A stretch of DNA of 64,000 nt from Heterodontus francisci (Eukaryota), in assembly GCF_036365525.1 (NCBI RefSeq), contig NC_090410.1:6895873-6959872 (forward strand). The letters run 5' to 3'. The notes below the pieces were generated by a model. The model did not search any database and was not told the DNA's origin. It was given only the letters and a program-made list of their open reading frames with translations. This document shows positions 38,354 to 49,793 of this stretch, piece by piece; within the stretch, counting starts at the first letter, position 1; each line of letters begins with the position of its first letter. The position numbers and the translations under genes are program-made.

Positions 38354-38451
38354 CCGAACAGAGTAGCCATGAAGGAGCGAGCCGAGCGGACCTTCTTCTC
38401 GGCCTCAGCCACCAGGCCCAGCGCCTCCCGCTCCTTGGCCGAGTTGTCCAT
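38354..38451 (-). CDS. NAPA: NAPA (alpha-SNAP) coding exon 1
   Basis: MDNSAKEREALGLVAEAEKKVRSARSFMATLFG; 98 nt, donor GG|GTGAGA. Exons sum to 888 nt (295 aa). Length, C-terminus and adjacency to KPTN favour NAPA over NAPB. Confidence 0.93.
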
Positions 38452-38454
38452 GAC

Positions 38455-38630
38455 TGCCGACCTCTGGCTGCTTCGCTCCGACACCTTCCCTACGTCACTT
38501 CCGCCTGCTAAAACCCCCCGCCTCTTGGGGGGGGCGGGGCGGTGTGTAGCACGTGATCCGAACCCCGGGGTCGCTAAGCAACCACCACCTCAACAACAAC
38601 TGCTGTCAACAGACCTGTCAATCAATCAGC
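38455..38630 (-). promoter_or_regulatory. NAPA proximal promoter / CpG island
   Basis: Overlapping CRE-ETS (TACGTCACTTCCG at 38491-38503), GC box (38531-38540), E-box CACGTG (38550-38555), X-box-like GTCGCTAAGCAAC (~38570-38582) and TGATTGACAG (minus, ~38615-38624). Confidence 0.7.
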
Positions 38631-38714
38631 AGGTAAAACAGAAAAGAAAACATCACCTGCAAAGCCAGCTTTATCTAAAATAGGCTGTTCGATATCTTAC
38701 CTCCACATGCATAG

Positions 38715-39145
38715 AGGCAATGGTAACACAGTGGTTATGTTGCTGGATTAATAATCCAGAGATAAAAACAAGAAATGCTTTTTGTTTCAGATTTCCAGCA
38801 TTCGCAGTATTTTGTTTTTAATAATCCAGAGGCCTGGACTAATGATATAGGAAATTTAAATTCAAATCATTCAATAAATCTGGAATTAAAAGGTGGTATC
38901 AGTAACGGTGACCATGAAACTACCAGATTGTCAGGAAAATTCATCTCGTTCACTAATGTCCTTTAGGGAAGGAAACCTGCTGTTCTTAACTGGTCTTGCT
39001 CATTTGCGACTGCAGACTCACAGCAATGGGATTGACTCTTAATTACCCTCTGAAATGGCCTGGCAAGCCATTCAGTTAAGGGCAATTGGGGATGGGCTAT
39101 AAATGCTGGTCTTGTCAGTGATGCCACATCCTGTGAATGAACACT
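38715..39145 (+). mobile_element. Older copy of the tRNA-headed SINE, between NAPA and SARS2
   Basis: Same head, body and tail as 10031-11085; contains a short Penelope-like fragment at ~38762-38820. Confidence 0.65.
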
Positions 39146-40304
39146 GAAAGAAATTTCATTGTAACTTTCTAAATCCCCTGATCTTCTTTATATGTCCACC
39201 CTGAGAGGGCTTTCGTGACCTTGGTTTAATACCTCATCCAAAAGATGGCACCTCTGACCGAGCAGCACTTTCCAGCCTAGATTTTGTGCTCACATCTCTG
39301 GAGTGGGACACAAACCCACAAACATCCAACACAGAAGAGAGAGTGCTACTCACTGAGCCAAGGTGGACATCAGGGAAAGGAAGAAAGTTAAAGTCCCCTT
39401 TTGGAAGCACACACATTTAGATGTCAGATGAGGGCAGGATTGCGATCAGGTGTGATAACGCTGTGGTAAAATAGCCTTCTGGCAGTCACTGCCTGGGTCA
39501 CTTGTACAAGACACCAAAGAGTTAATATTTTGACAAGAAGAGGACCAGGAAGGATGAGGAAACAATCATTGGGAAGAGGAGGAGGGGTAAGAGTAACCTT
39601 AAGATAGAATTATAGCTCCACTTTGAGACTAAGTTGGTTAGCAATATTCCTACATTACAATAGTGACTACATTTTGAAAGTACTTCATTGGCTGTAGAGC
39701 ATCTGGAGAGTCCTGAAGTTGTGAAAGGTGCTATATAAATGCAAGTTCTTTCTTTATACGTTTACATAGAACATAAGAAATTGGAGCAGGAACTGGCCAT
39801 TTGGCCCTTCAAGTCTGCTCCGCCAATCAGTAAGATCATAGCTGATCTTGTATCTCAACTCCACCTTCCATACTTCCCCCAAATCCCTTGATTTCCTTAG
39901 TACGCCAAAATTCTATCTCTCTCAGCCTTTAATATATTCAACGACTGAGCATCCACAGCCCTTTGGGATACAGAATTCTGAAGATTGACAATATTCTGAG
40001 TGAAGAAATTTATCCTCATCTTAGTGGCTGAACCCTTATCCTGAGACTGTGGTCCCATGTTGTTGATTTCCTAGCCAGGGGGCAACAACCTCCCAGCATC
40101 TACCCCGGTCAAGCCTTTGAAGAATTTTACATGTTTCACCGAGATCACCTCTCATTCTTCTAAACTCCAGGGAATATAGGCCTAGTCTAAATAATATTTA
40201 TTAATTATATTTGCACCACAGCGTTTAGCAAACATCAGGAAAAAAATTAGAAACTCTTTTATTCAAGGATTTAAAGATTAGATAATCCCTGCTTCTCTCT
40301 CTGT

Positions 40305-40452
40305 GTGTTTATCACATGAGGTAGAAACTCCCTATCACGTGATATGAGCGTCCCGGCTACCGCGCCCATCATCACGTGATATCCACCCGCTGATTGGCTG
40401 ATGCGAAGCGACGTCACCGAGCTGGTGTCAAAGGTCGGGAAGATGGCGGCGC
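40305..40452 (+). promoter_or_regulatory. SARS2 proximal promoter
   Basis: ATCACATGA (40311), TATCACGTGATA (40333-40344), ATCACGTGAT (40371-40380), inverted CCAAT (~40393), GACGTCA (~40410) and YY1-type AAGATGGCGGC over the ATG. Confidence 0.7.
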
Positions 40453-40736
40453 CCTGGTGGAAGCGGCTGTTGAAGGGTTGGGTTCTTTCTCAGATGCCTG
40501 TTCTCCAAGCCCTGGGGAGCCGGCCCAGGGGGACGGTTACCCGATTGAAGAGTCCCGGCTGCCGCACCTTTCTCCGGGGTTACTGCAGCAGGAGTAGTTT
40601 GTACGAGCATGTGAGGGATGGGTACTCTGACAGACCCCAGTTGGACATGGGGTTTGTCTGCAGCCACACCCAGGCTGTGCTGGAGAATGTGCAGAATCGC
40701 AAGGGGGAGTTGACCAGGGAGGATGTAGCAGACATA
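40443..40736 (+). CDS. SARS2: SARS2 (mitochondrial seryl-tRNA synthetase) coding exon 1
   Basis: AAGATGG Kozak context. An Arg/Leu-rich, acid-free presequence-like N-terminus is followed by SSLYEHVRDGYSDRPQLDM...NRKGEL...DI; donor ATA|GTAGGT, 294 nt. Confidence 0.9.
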
Positions 40737-41147
40737 GTAGGTTTACTTAATTTTGTTCTCATGCTCCCTTATATCCTTGGACCCTCCTATTTCTCATCTG
40801 CCTGCTGCCCCTCTGCACCATCATCCACAGTGTCAGGTTTCACCTGGACGCCCAGCTCAACCTCACCACCACCTCTCTCAGCCCCTTCATTGTCTCTAAA
40901 TTGTCGGACTGCTCATCCAACATCCAGTGCTGGATAAACAAATTTTTTCCGCTTCAATTAGATATTGGGAAGGCTGAAGCATTCATTGGTCCCTACCATA
41001 AACTCTGTTCCTTACCCACTGACTTCATCCCTCTCCCTGGCAACTGTCTGAGGCTGGACTAGACTGTTTGCAATCTTGGTTTCATATCGGACTCCCGAAA
41101 TGAGCTTCTGATCTTGTATTCATGCCATTGTTAAGACCACCTATTTC

Positions 41148-42118
41148 CATAGAACATAGCACAGTACAGGCCCTTCGGCCCACGATGTTGTGCCGAATCT
41201 TTAACCTACTCTAAGATCTAAGTAACTACCTACCCTTCATTCTACTATCATCCATGTACCTATCCAAGAGTCGCTTAAATGCCCCTAATGTATCTGCTTC
41301 CACTACCACCGCTGGCAGCGCATTCCATGCACCCACCACTCTGTGTAAAGAACCTACCTCTGACATCTCCCCGAAACCTTCCTCCAATCACCCTAAAATT
41401 ATGTCCCCTGATGATAGTCCTTTCCACCCTGGGAAAAAGTCTCTGACTATCCACTCTTTCTATGCCTCTCATCATCTTGTACCCCTCTATCAAGTCACCT
41501 CTCATCCTTCTTTGCTCCAATGAGAAAAGCCCTAGCTCCCTCAATCTTTCTTCGTAGGACATGCCCTCCAGTCCAGGCAGCATCCTGGTAAATATCCTCT
41601 GCACCCTCTCTAAAGCTTCCACATCCTTCCTATAATGAGGCGACCAGAACTGAACACAATATTCCAAGTGTGGTCGAACCAGGGCCTTATAGAGCTGCAG
41701 CATAGCCTCGCAGCTCTTAAACTCAATCCCCCTGTTAATGAAAGCCAACACACCATACGCCTTCTTAACAACCCTATCAACTTGGGTGGCAACTTTGAGC
41801 GATCTATGGACATGGACCCCAAGATCCCTCTGTTCCTCCACACTACCAAGAATCCTGTCTTTAAGCCTGTATTCCGCATTCAAATTCGACCTTCCAAAAT
41901 GAATCACTTCACACTTTTCCAGGTTGAACTCCATCTGCCACTTCTCAGCCTAGCTCTGCATCCTGTCAATGTCCCGTTGCAACCTACAACAGCCTTCCAC
42001 ACTATCCACAACTCCAGCAACCTTCATGTCATCAGCAAACTTGCTAACCCAGCCTTCCACTTCCTCATCCAAGTCATTTATAAAAATCACAAAGAGCAGA
42101 GGTCCCAGAACAGATCCT
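41148..42118 (-). mobile_element. CR1-clade LINE (HER1-like), 5'-truncated
   Basis: [35 protein letters not shown] and LVRPHLEYCVQFWSP; tail shared with the HE1 SINE. Confidence 0.9.
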
Positions 42119-42119
42119 A

Positions 42120-42490
42120 GTGCCCAGGCTAATGCTCTATTTATTATTAATGCTCCGGGGGCACGGGTTTGAATCTCATCTTGGCAGATGGTGAAATTTG
42201 AATTCAATTAATAAATCTGGAATTAAAAAACTAGTCCAATGGTGACCATGAAGTTATTGTCAATTGTTGTAAAAATCCATCTGGTTTACTAATATCCTTT
42301 AGCGAAGGAAATCTGCTGCCCTTACCTGGTCTGGCCTACATATGACTCTAGACCCACAGCAATGTGGTTGACTCTTAAACTGTCCTCTGAAATGGCCTAG
42401 CAAGCTATTCAGTTCAGGAGAATTAGGGATGGGCAATAAATGCTGGCTTAGCTAGCAATGTCCACATCCCACAAATGAATTTTTAAAAAT
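42120..42490 (+). mobile_element. tRNA-headed SINE copy (head truncated)
   Basis: Same body and tail as 10031-11085. Confidence 0.7.
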
Positions 42491-44541
42491 TGCCTATCTT
42501 TAACCTTGCTTCAACTCATCTGCTGAAACCCTCATCCATGTCTTTCTTACCTCTAGATCTGAGTATTCTAATATTCTCCTGGCTGACTTCCTGCATTCTA
42601 CCCTCTGTAAACCTGAGGTCATCTAAAAGCTTGCTGTCTGTGTCCTTACTTGCACTATGTCCCATTCACCCATTACCCTTTTGGTTGCTGACCTCCGTTG
42701 GCACCTGGTTAAACAATGCCTCGATTTCTTTTTAGTTTAAAGTTTTTTTTTAAATTCTCATGCTTGCTTTCAAATCCCTTCATGGCCTCACCCCTCCCTA
42801 TCTCTGTAATCTCCTTCAGCTTTACAACCCCATCTGCACTCTGCAAATTTTGACCTATTGAGCATTCCCAATTTTAATTGCTCCAGCATTGGTGAGCATG
42901 CCTTCAGCTGCCTAGATCCTCAGCTCTGGAATTCCCTCCCTGTATCTCTTTGCCTCTCAAGTTCTCCCTCCTCGTTTTAAGAAGCTCCTTAGGTGTTTTG
43001 GTGTCAAATTTTGTCCATAATATTTCTGTAAAGTTTTTGGGACTTTTCATTATATTAAAGGCCCTTGTTGTTTTTGTTATGGTCCAGGTCACACTCCCTT
43101 CCCCCTAAAAACTGGTGCATGCTTCCTGAGACTCAAATGATGACACTTTTTCTCTTGACTTGCTTGGGTGTGATTCCAAGAGCACCTTGCCTAGATGGTC
43201 ATTGTTCAGCTATAATATTTGCATTTATTGTTCACTTGGGCTCACAGTCTGTGTAAATTTGCAACTAATACTAAACTAGGAGTGGCAAGTGGAATGGGAT
43301 GAAGCAGCAGAAATGGCAAATGAAATTTCATGCAGATCATTATACAGCCATGCATGTTGGAAGTATAAGTAAATAGCCAACACATGTATTCAATGAAAGA
43401 TGTTGAAATAGCTACGGAAGAAGTTGAAAGATACAGGAGTATGAGCTGTTACACTCAACGTGTCCAACAAATGCTGAGCAGCAGCCAATATAGTTAATAG
43501 AATGTTGAACTACAATAGCCAAAAGAATAGAATATAATTTGCAATGCACTGTCAAAAAGGGAATTGGATGTATACATAAAAAGGAAATATTTGCAGAGCT
43601 TTTGGGAAAGAGGGGGGTGAAGGTGGGGTTGAACTAATTGGATAGCTCCTTCAAAGAACCAGCACAGACACATTAGACTGAATGGCCTCCTGTGTTGTAT
43701 GAATCATTGATGAGCTTGAAGGAATTGTGATCAGAATGATCAAACTGTATAGTGTGCTCTGGTCATCAAGACATAAGGGAGGCATTGAAATGTTGGGAGC
43801 TGTGCAGACAAGTCACAAGATGCTCTAATGGGGAAAAAGCTGACATAAAGCTATGCAGTTGTAAGATTTTCAAAAAAATGGGTTTGAACACTTGCATTGC
43901 ACACGGGGAGTCAAAACCAAATGTAGTTTCCAGGTGAAATGGGGTTGGCAACTGACGATAACTGGACCAAGGTGAACAGACATAATTCAGTTCCCATAAT
44001 AAAGCTATATTCAGCCCTTCTTTCTATTATATAGTCCTGTGATCATATTTGTAATGAAACTGTCCAAGTAAACATGTCACGCTGTAAAGAAGTAAGTCTT
44101 GCATTTCCATAGCTCCTTTTAGGACCTCAGGATGTCCCAAAGTGTTCCATAGCCAATGTATTACTTTTGAAGTACTGGAGTGGAGTATTTAGCCTAGATT
44201 TTATGCTTCAACCCACAACCTTCTGACTTTGAGGTTAGAGTCTTACCACTGAACCGTGGCTGCATACCTCTGGCCAATGGTGCCTGTACAGTGTGACACT
44301 TTTACATATAGATAGTTTCCATTGTAGATATTGACATAGGAATGTATAATGGAAAATATTGACAGGAAGCAAAGAATAAAGATTTTTAATATGGAAGGTG
44401 GGATAGTCAGCCTTGCATGAAATACAACATGGAATGTAATTTTTTTCAGCAAAGCTTTTTCCTTCTTTGAAATATTGCTTGGGGCACTTTGAAAAATCAA
44501 TGATTCTGCCTTGTTTACTGTTTCCAACTTATCCGTATCAG

Positions 44542-44637
44542 GTGTTCACATGGAAACAAATGATGAAAGCAAAGGAGGAAATAGAGAAGTTGGAGAATGA
44601 GAAAAGAAGAATCAGTGATTCAGTTAAAGCCCTCCTG
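44542..44637 (+). CDS. SARS2: SARS2 coding exon 2
   Basis: VFTWKQMMKAKEEIEKLENEKRRISDSVKALL (coiled-coil arm); 96 nt, AG/GT. Confidence 0.92.
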
Positions 44638-44714
44638 GTGAGTAAGAAAAGAAACTCCCAAAATTTGAAGTAACCATATGACTGTATTTGGCATGGGAGA
44701 CATGTTCTATTATG

Positions 44715-45112
44715 TGAGTTCAAGTCCCACTCCGGGACTTGAGCAAAAATATCAAGGCTGACACTCCAGTGCAGGACTGAAGGAGTGCCGCACTGTCGGA
44801 TATGCAGTCTTTCGGGTAAGACCTTAAACCGAGGCCCCATCTGTTCTGTCAGGTGGATGTGAAAGATTCCATCGCACTTTTTTGAAGAAGAGCAGGCGAG
44901 TTATTCCCGATGTCCTGGCCAATATTAATCCCTCAATAGGCATTGCAAAAAAAAGATTATCTGGTCACTGCTGTCTGTGGGATCTTGCTGTGTGCAAATT
45001 GGCTGCCACGTTTCCTACATTACAGCAGTGACTACGCTTGAAAAGTATTTCATTGGCTATAAAGGGCTTTGGGATGTCCTGTGGTCAAGAAAGGCATTAG
45101 AAATGCAAGTAA
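44715..45112 (+). mobile_element. Deu-domain SINE
   Basis: Box B gttcaagtccc, Deu core and tail. Confidence 0.75.
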
Positions 45113-45957
45113 ATAAAAACAAAAAGTGCTGGAAATACTCAGCAGATCTGGCAGCATCTGTGGAGAGAGAAGCAGGTCAGTGACCTTTCAACAGAGCTAG
45201 AAATGAAAATCCTTTTTTTTAAACGTACTGCAGGTTATACTAAAGTGTAATGGTCAGTCTTTAATATTTTCATAGCATGTCCACTTGAACCCAGCTTTGT
45301 TTTTTTCGTATGGAGAGAAGTTTTTGAGCTGTGTAACCCAGGGTGAAGAAGTGGTGACTCAAGGTCAGTCGTCAGTGGTATTGGGGGCCATTGGAGGTGA
45401 TGAACTGAATGTTGCCCTACTTTGTATCGGTGTCTAGGGGCTAACTTAGCTCAGTGATGTACACTGATACAATCACGTGAAGTTTGAATAAATTATGAAG
45501 GTCAGCAAAACCCTGGCTTCTTTAGCTATTCTTAACCTCCTCAAGCATCACTCCATCTGCTTACCATAGGAACCTGAACAAAGGTCAAGCACAAGAGCAA
45601 TCCATTTGGCCCAGTGAGTTCATAGAGCCATTTACAGCACAGAAGGAGGCCATTCAGCCCATCAAGTCCATGCCAGCTCTGCAGCAGAGCAATCCAGGCA
45701 GTACCACTCCCCCGCTTGATCCTTGTAGCCCTATAAGTTTATTTCCTTCAAGTGCCCATCTCTCTCCTGCTCCTTCTCTTTAAGGCTGATTCCCCTTGCT
45801 AAGCATACAACAACAACTTGCATTTATATAGCTCCTTTAATGTAAAATGGCCCAAGGTGCTTCACGGGAGTGTTATCAGACCAAATTTGACACTGAGCCA
45901 CAAAGGAGATATTAGGACAGATGACTAAAAGCTTGGCCAAAGAAGTAGGTTTTAAGG

Positions 45958-46170
45958 AATAAAAACAAGAAATGCTGGAACCACTCAGCAGGTCTGGCAG
46001 CATCTGTGGAGAGAGAATCAGAGTTAACATTTCGGTCCGAAGAAGGGTCACTGACCCGAAATGTTAACTCTGCTTCTCTTTCCACAGATGCTGCCAGACC
46101 TGCTGAATGGTTCCAGCATTTCTTGTTTTTATTTCAGATTTCCAGCATCCGCAGTATTTTGCTTTTATAT
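45958..46170. mobile_element. Penelope-like palindromic element inserted in an L2 fragment
   Basis: Inverted arms; flanking direct repeat AAGTAGGTTTTAAGG (45943 / 46171). Confidence 0.7.
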
Positions 46171-46674
46171 AAGTAGGTTTTAAGGGGTGTCTTAAAGGAG
46201 GAAAGGGGGTAGAGGGGCGATTTAGGGAGGGAATTCCTTAGAGCTTGGGGCTGAGGCAGCTAAATGAACAGCCGCCAATGGAGGAGCGATGAAAATCAGG
46301 GATCAGCAAGAGATCAGATATGGAAGAGCACAGAGATCTTGGAGGGTTGTAGGGCTGGAGGAGGTTACAGAGACATGGAGTGAAGGGATTTGAAAACAAG
46401 GAGGGAAATTTAAAATTGAAGTATTGTCAGACCAGGAGCCAGTCTGGGTCAGCGAGCACAGAGGTAATGGATGAATGGGACTTGGTGTGAGTTGGGAAAT
46501 AGGCAACAGAGCTTAGATGAGCTCAAGTTTAAGCAGTAATATGCATATCTGTATTTTATTTATATATATATATATAAAATAGAGAAGCTGGTATAGAATT
46601 TTAACTGTTTGTACACACAGTATGGCTGGAGTTTAATGGGAAGCCATGAATAATTGGTGTCTGCCCCCATGTGA

Positions 46675-47092
46675 AAAAGACTTGTATTTATTGAGAGCCT
46701 TTCACGACCACCGGATGTCTCAAAGCGTTTACAGCCAATGAAGTATTTTTGAAGTGTCGTCACTGTTGTAATGTAGGAAACGCGGCAAGCAATTTGCACA
46801 CAAGCTCACCAAACAACGATGTGATAATGACCAGATAATCTGTTTTTCTGCGATGGCAATTGAGGGATAAATATTGGCCAGGACACTGGGGATAATTCCC
46901 CTGCTTCTTTTCAAAGAATAGTGCCATGGGACCTTTTATATCCATCTGAGGGGGCAGGCGGGGCAAACGTCTCATCCAAAAGACGGCACCTCCAGCAGTG
47001 CAGCATTCCCTCAGTACTGGAGCGTCAGCCTTGTTTTTTGCACTCGAGTCCTGGAGAGGGCGAGAGTCCAACCAACTGAGCCACAGCTGACA
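46675..47092 (-). mobile_element. Deu-domain SINE
   Basis: Near full length. Further partial copies lie at ~65-390, 7200-7540, 12510-12840, 13590-13890, 32350-32650 and 36530-36790. Confidence 0.75.
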
Positions 47093-47130
47093 TTTACAGC
47101 TAATGAAGCATGTTTGAAGTGTAGTCACTG

Positions 47131-47491
47131 TTTTTATTTTTATTTATTTTATTTAGAGATACAGCACTGAAACAGGCCCTTCGGCCCACCGAGTCTGTGC
47201 CGACCATCAACCACCCAGTTATACTAATCCTACACTAATCCCATATTCCTACCACATCCCCATCTTCCCTATATTCCCCTACCACCTACCTATACTAGGG
47301 GCAATTTATAATGGCCAATTTACCTATCAACCTGCAAGTCATTGGCTGCGGGAGGAAACCGGGGCACCCGGCGGAAACCCACGCAGTCACAGGGAGAACT
47401 TGCAAACTCCGCACAGGCAGTACCCGGAATTGAACCCGGGTCGCTGGAGCTGTGAAGCTGCGGTGCTAACCACTGCACCACTGTGCCGCCC
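47131..47491 (-). mobile_element. HE1-type V-SINE inserted in a Deu-SINE
   Basis: Near-identical to 1215-1553; (TAAA)n tail. Confidence 0.8.
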
Positions 47492-48051
47492 TGTAACGTA
47501 GGAAATGTGGCAATCAATTTGTGCACAGCAAGCTCCCACAACCAGCAATGTGATAATAACCATCTGTTTCTGTGATTTTGGTTGAGATAAATATTGACCA
47601 GGAAACTGGGGAGAATTCCCCTGCTCTTCTTTGAAATAGTGTGATATGATCTTTTCTATCCACCTGAGTGGGCACACAGGAGTGTCAGTGTAGATTTTGT
47701 GGCTAAATCTCTGGAACGGGGCTTGAACCCATGACTTTCTGAATCAGAGGCCAGAGTGCTACCAATTGAGAATGTGTGCTCCTATCGGATAAACTGAAAC
47801 TTTACTGCGTCTCTTTCTTAGTAATTCAGTTTGAAGACCAGTGATGGATTTCTGTGTGTCTCAGACGCTGGGTGGACTGGAGGGGAAAAGGCAGGAAACT
47901 GGCTGAACATTTATGTTTCTCAGAGTGCTGTGTGGGAGGTGAAGAAACTCAAACAGAGGGGAAATGTTATCAAAGTAAATATTCTTCACTTTTTACTTCT
48001 CTTTTAACCCAAGTGAAACATCTCAAATCGGTTGGTTTATTTTTCTTGCAG

Positions 48052-48081
48052 GACAAGCACAATAAAGAAGCTCTTCAATCA
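48052..48081 (+). CDS. SARS2: SARS2 coding exon 3 (30-nt exon)
   Basis: DKHNKEALQS; ttttcttgcag acceptor, GTAAGT donor, phase 0/0; fills the expected 10-aa gap. Confidence 0.85.
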
Positions 48082-48884
48082 GTAAGTACATCCTCTGGGT
48101 GGGGGCATAATGATTGTCTACCTACAAATATAGGAAAAGACCGTCTGCTCCATCCAGCTTGTCCCATACTGTTGTAATACCTTGTTCATCACTCTTCACC
48201 CCCACTCAAAACCACTTGATTTCCTGGGAGAGGCGAAAAACCCAGGTCAAATTGGGGGAGAAGAATAATCCGGGTAATTCCTCTCCAACACCAAAGCTAG
48301 TCCAGGATGTGAAAACACTGAAAGCCAGGTGGTGACGGACAGAACACTGGAGCTTAGTCTTTAGTCACTTTACAAGTGTTTATTTACAGAAATACATTCC
48401 ATACTGTGCACTTCCAACAAGGAAAAAACCCCTCTTTCAGCCTAAATATATATATATATATGTATTTATAAATAAGCACCAATTAATACCCACCAGCTGA
48501 ATACAATTGACACCCAATTGATATACAATTAACACAGATCACACTGGTCCTCATAAATACTATGCAGTGCCTTTGTTTTGTACAAAGAGGCTTGGATATA
48601 CATGAGAGGGAATTGGATATACTTGAAGAGGAAAAAAGTGCAGGGCTGCAGAAAATATAGTATTAGTAATGGACTGATTAGATAGCTCTTTCAAAGAGCC
48701 AGCATAGACACAATGGGCGGAATGACCTCCTTCTGTGCTGTAAGGGTCTATGATCTATGTGATCTCCGTCCTAGCCAGAAACAGATAGCTTTTCCTTGAA
48801 GAAATTCAGAGAATCAGTGTACATTAATGGAAATGAACAGGAGGTGCTCTGTTCTGTGGTAGTGTTGTGTTTCCATTAGAATTC

Positions 48885-49395
48885 AGAGTCTTGCAGCATA
48901 GAAGGAGCCCATTTCGCCCATCATACCTGTGCTAGCTCCCCTGCTCATTCCCCATTACCCTGCAAATTTCTACCCTTCTAGTATTTATCCAATTCTCTTT
49001 GGAAAGTTACCAGTGAATGTGCTCCAACGGCCCTTTCCGGCGCACATTCCAGATCATCATAACTCACTGTGTAAAAAGCAAAATCTTATCTCACCACCTG
49101 GCCCTTTTGCAAGTTACCTTAAATCTGTGTCCTCAGGTTACTGATCCTCCTGCCAGTGGAAACAGTTTCTTCTTATTTAGTCTATCAACACTCCCCATGA
49201 TTTTGAACACCTCTATTAAATCTCCCCTCAACCTCCTCTGCTGTAAGGAGAACAGTCCCAGTTTTCCCAGTCTCTCCACGTAACTTAATCCCCTCATCCT
49301 TGATACCATTCTAGTAAATCTCCTCAACATCCTCTCCAGGGTCTTGACATTTTTCCTAAAGCGTGATGCCCAGAGTTGGACACAATACTCCAGCT
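48885..49395 (-). mobile_element. CR1-clade LINE 3' fragment
   Basis: RRFTRM...RRLRGDLIEVFKIM. Confidence 0.75.
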
Positions 49396-49793
49396 GAAGC
49401 TTGGATTAAACAGTGTCACTGGGATTTCAGTAAAATGCATCACCGGATGTACGAAATCTTGAGGGGAAAATATCAACTGAACAAATAAGAGATTTTTTCC
49501 CCACTCCGTATTGGGCAGTGGCAGGAGCAAGTAGCCAGAGTTTTCTGTCTGTCTGTTTCTATCAGTCCGGTATATTTACTCACTTTAACGTTTGGAAAAT
49601 AGTGAATTGGTGAGAACAGAGGTGGGAAAGCCGGCCAGTATTTTGTGCTGGGTGACACTGGAGTGAACTATTGATGTGGACAGGTCTGTCACCTGTGGTG
49701 GAAAGATTTAGGGAAAAAAATGTATTTATATAGCACCGTTCATAACCTCAGGACGTCCCAAATGCTTCACATCTAATAAAATATTTTTGAAGT

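Noticed and set aside
40401-40937. 178-aa ORF as a single-exon gene, or upstream ATG at 40401 as the SARS2 start
   Set aside because: SARS2 homology stops at the donor after 40736. ATG 40443 has the better Kozak context and begins the presequence; 40401 lies among promoter motifs.
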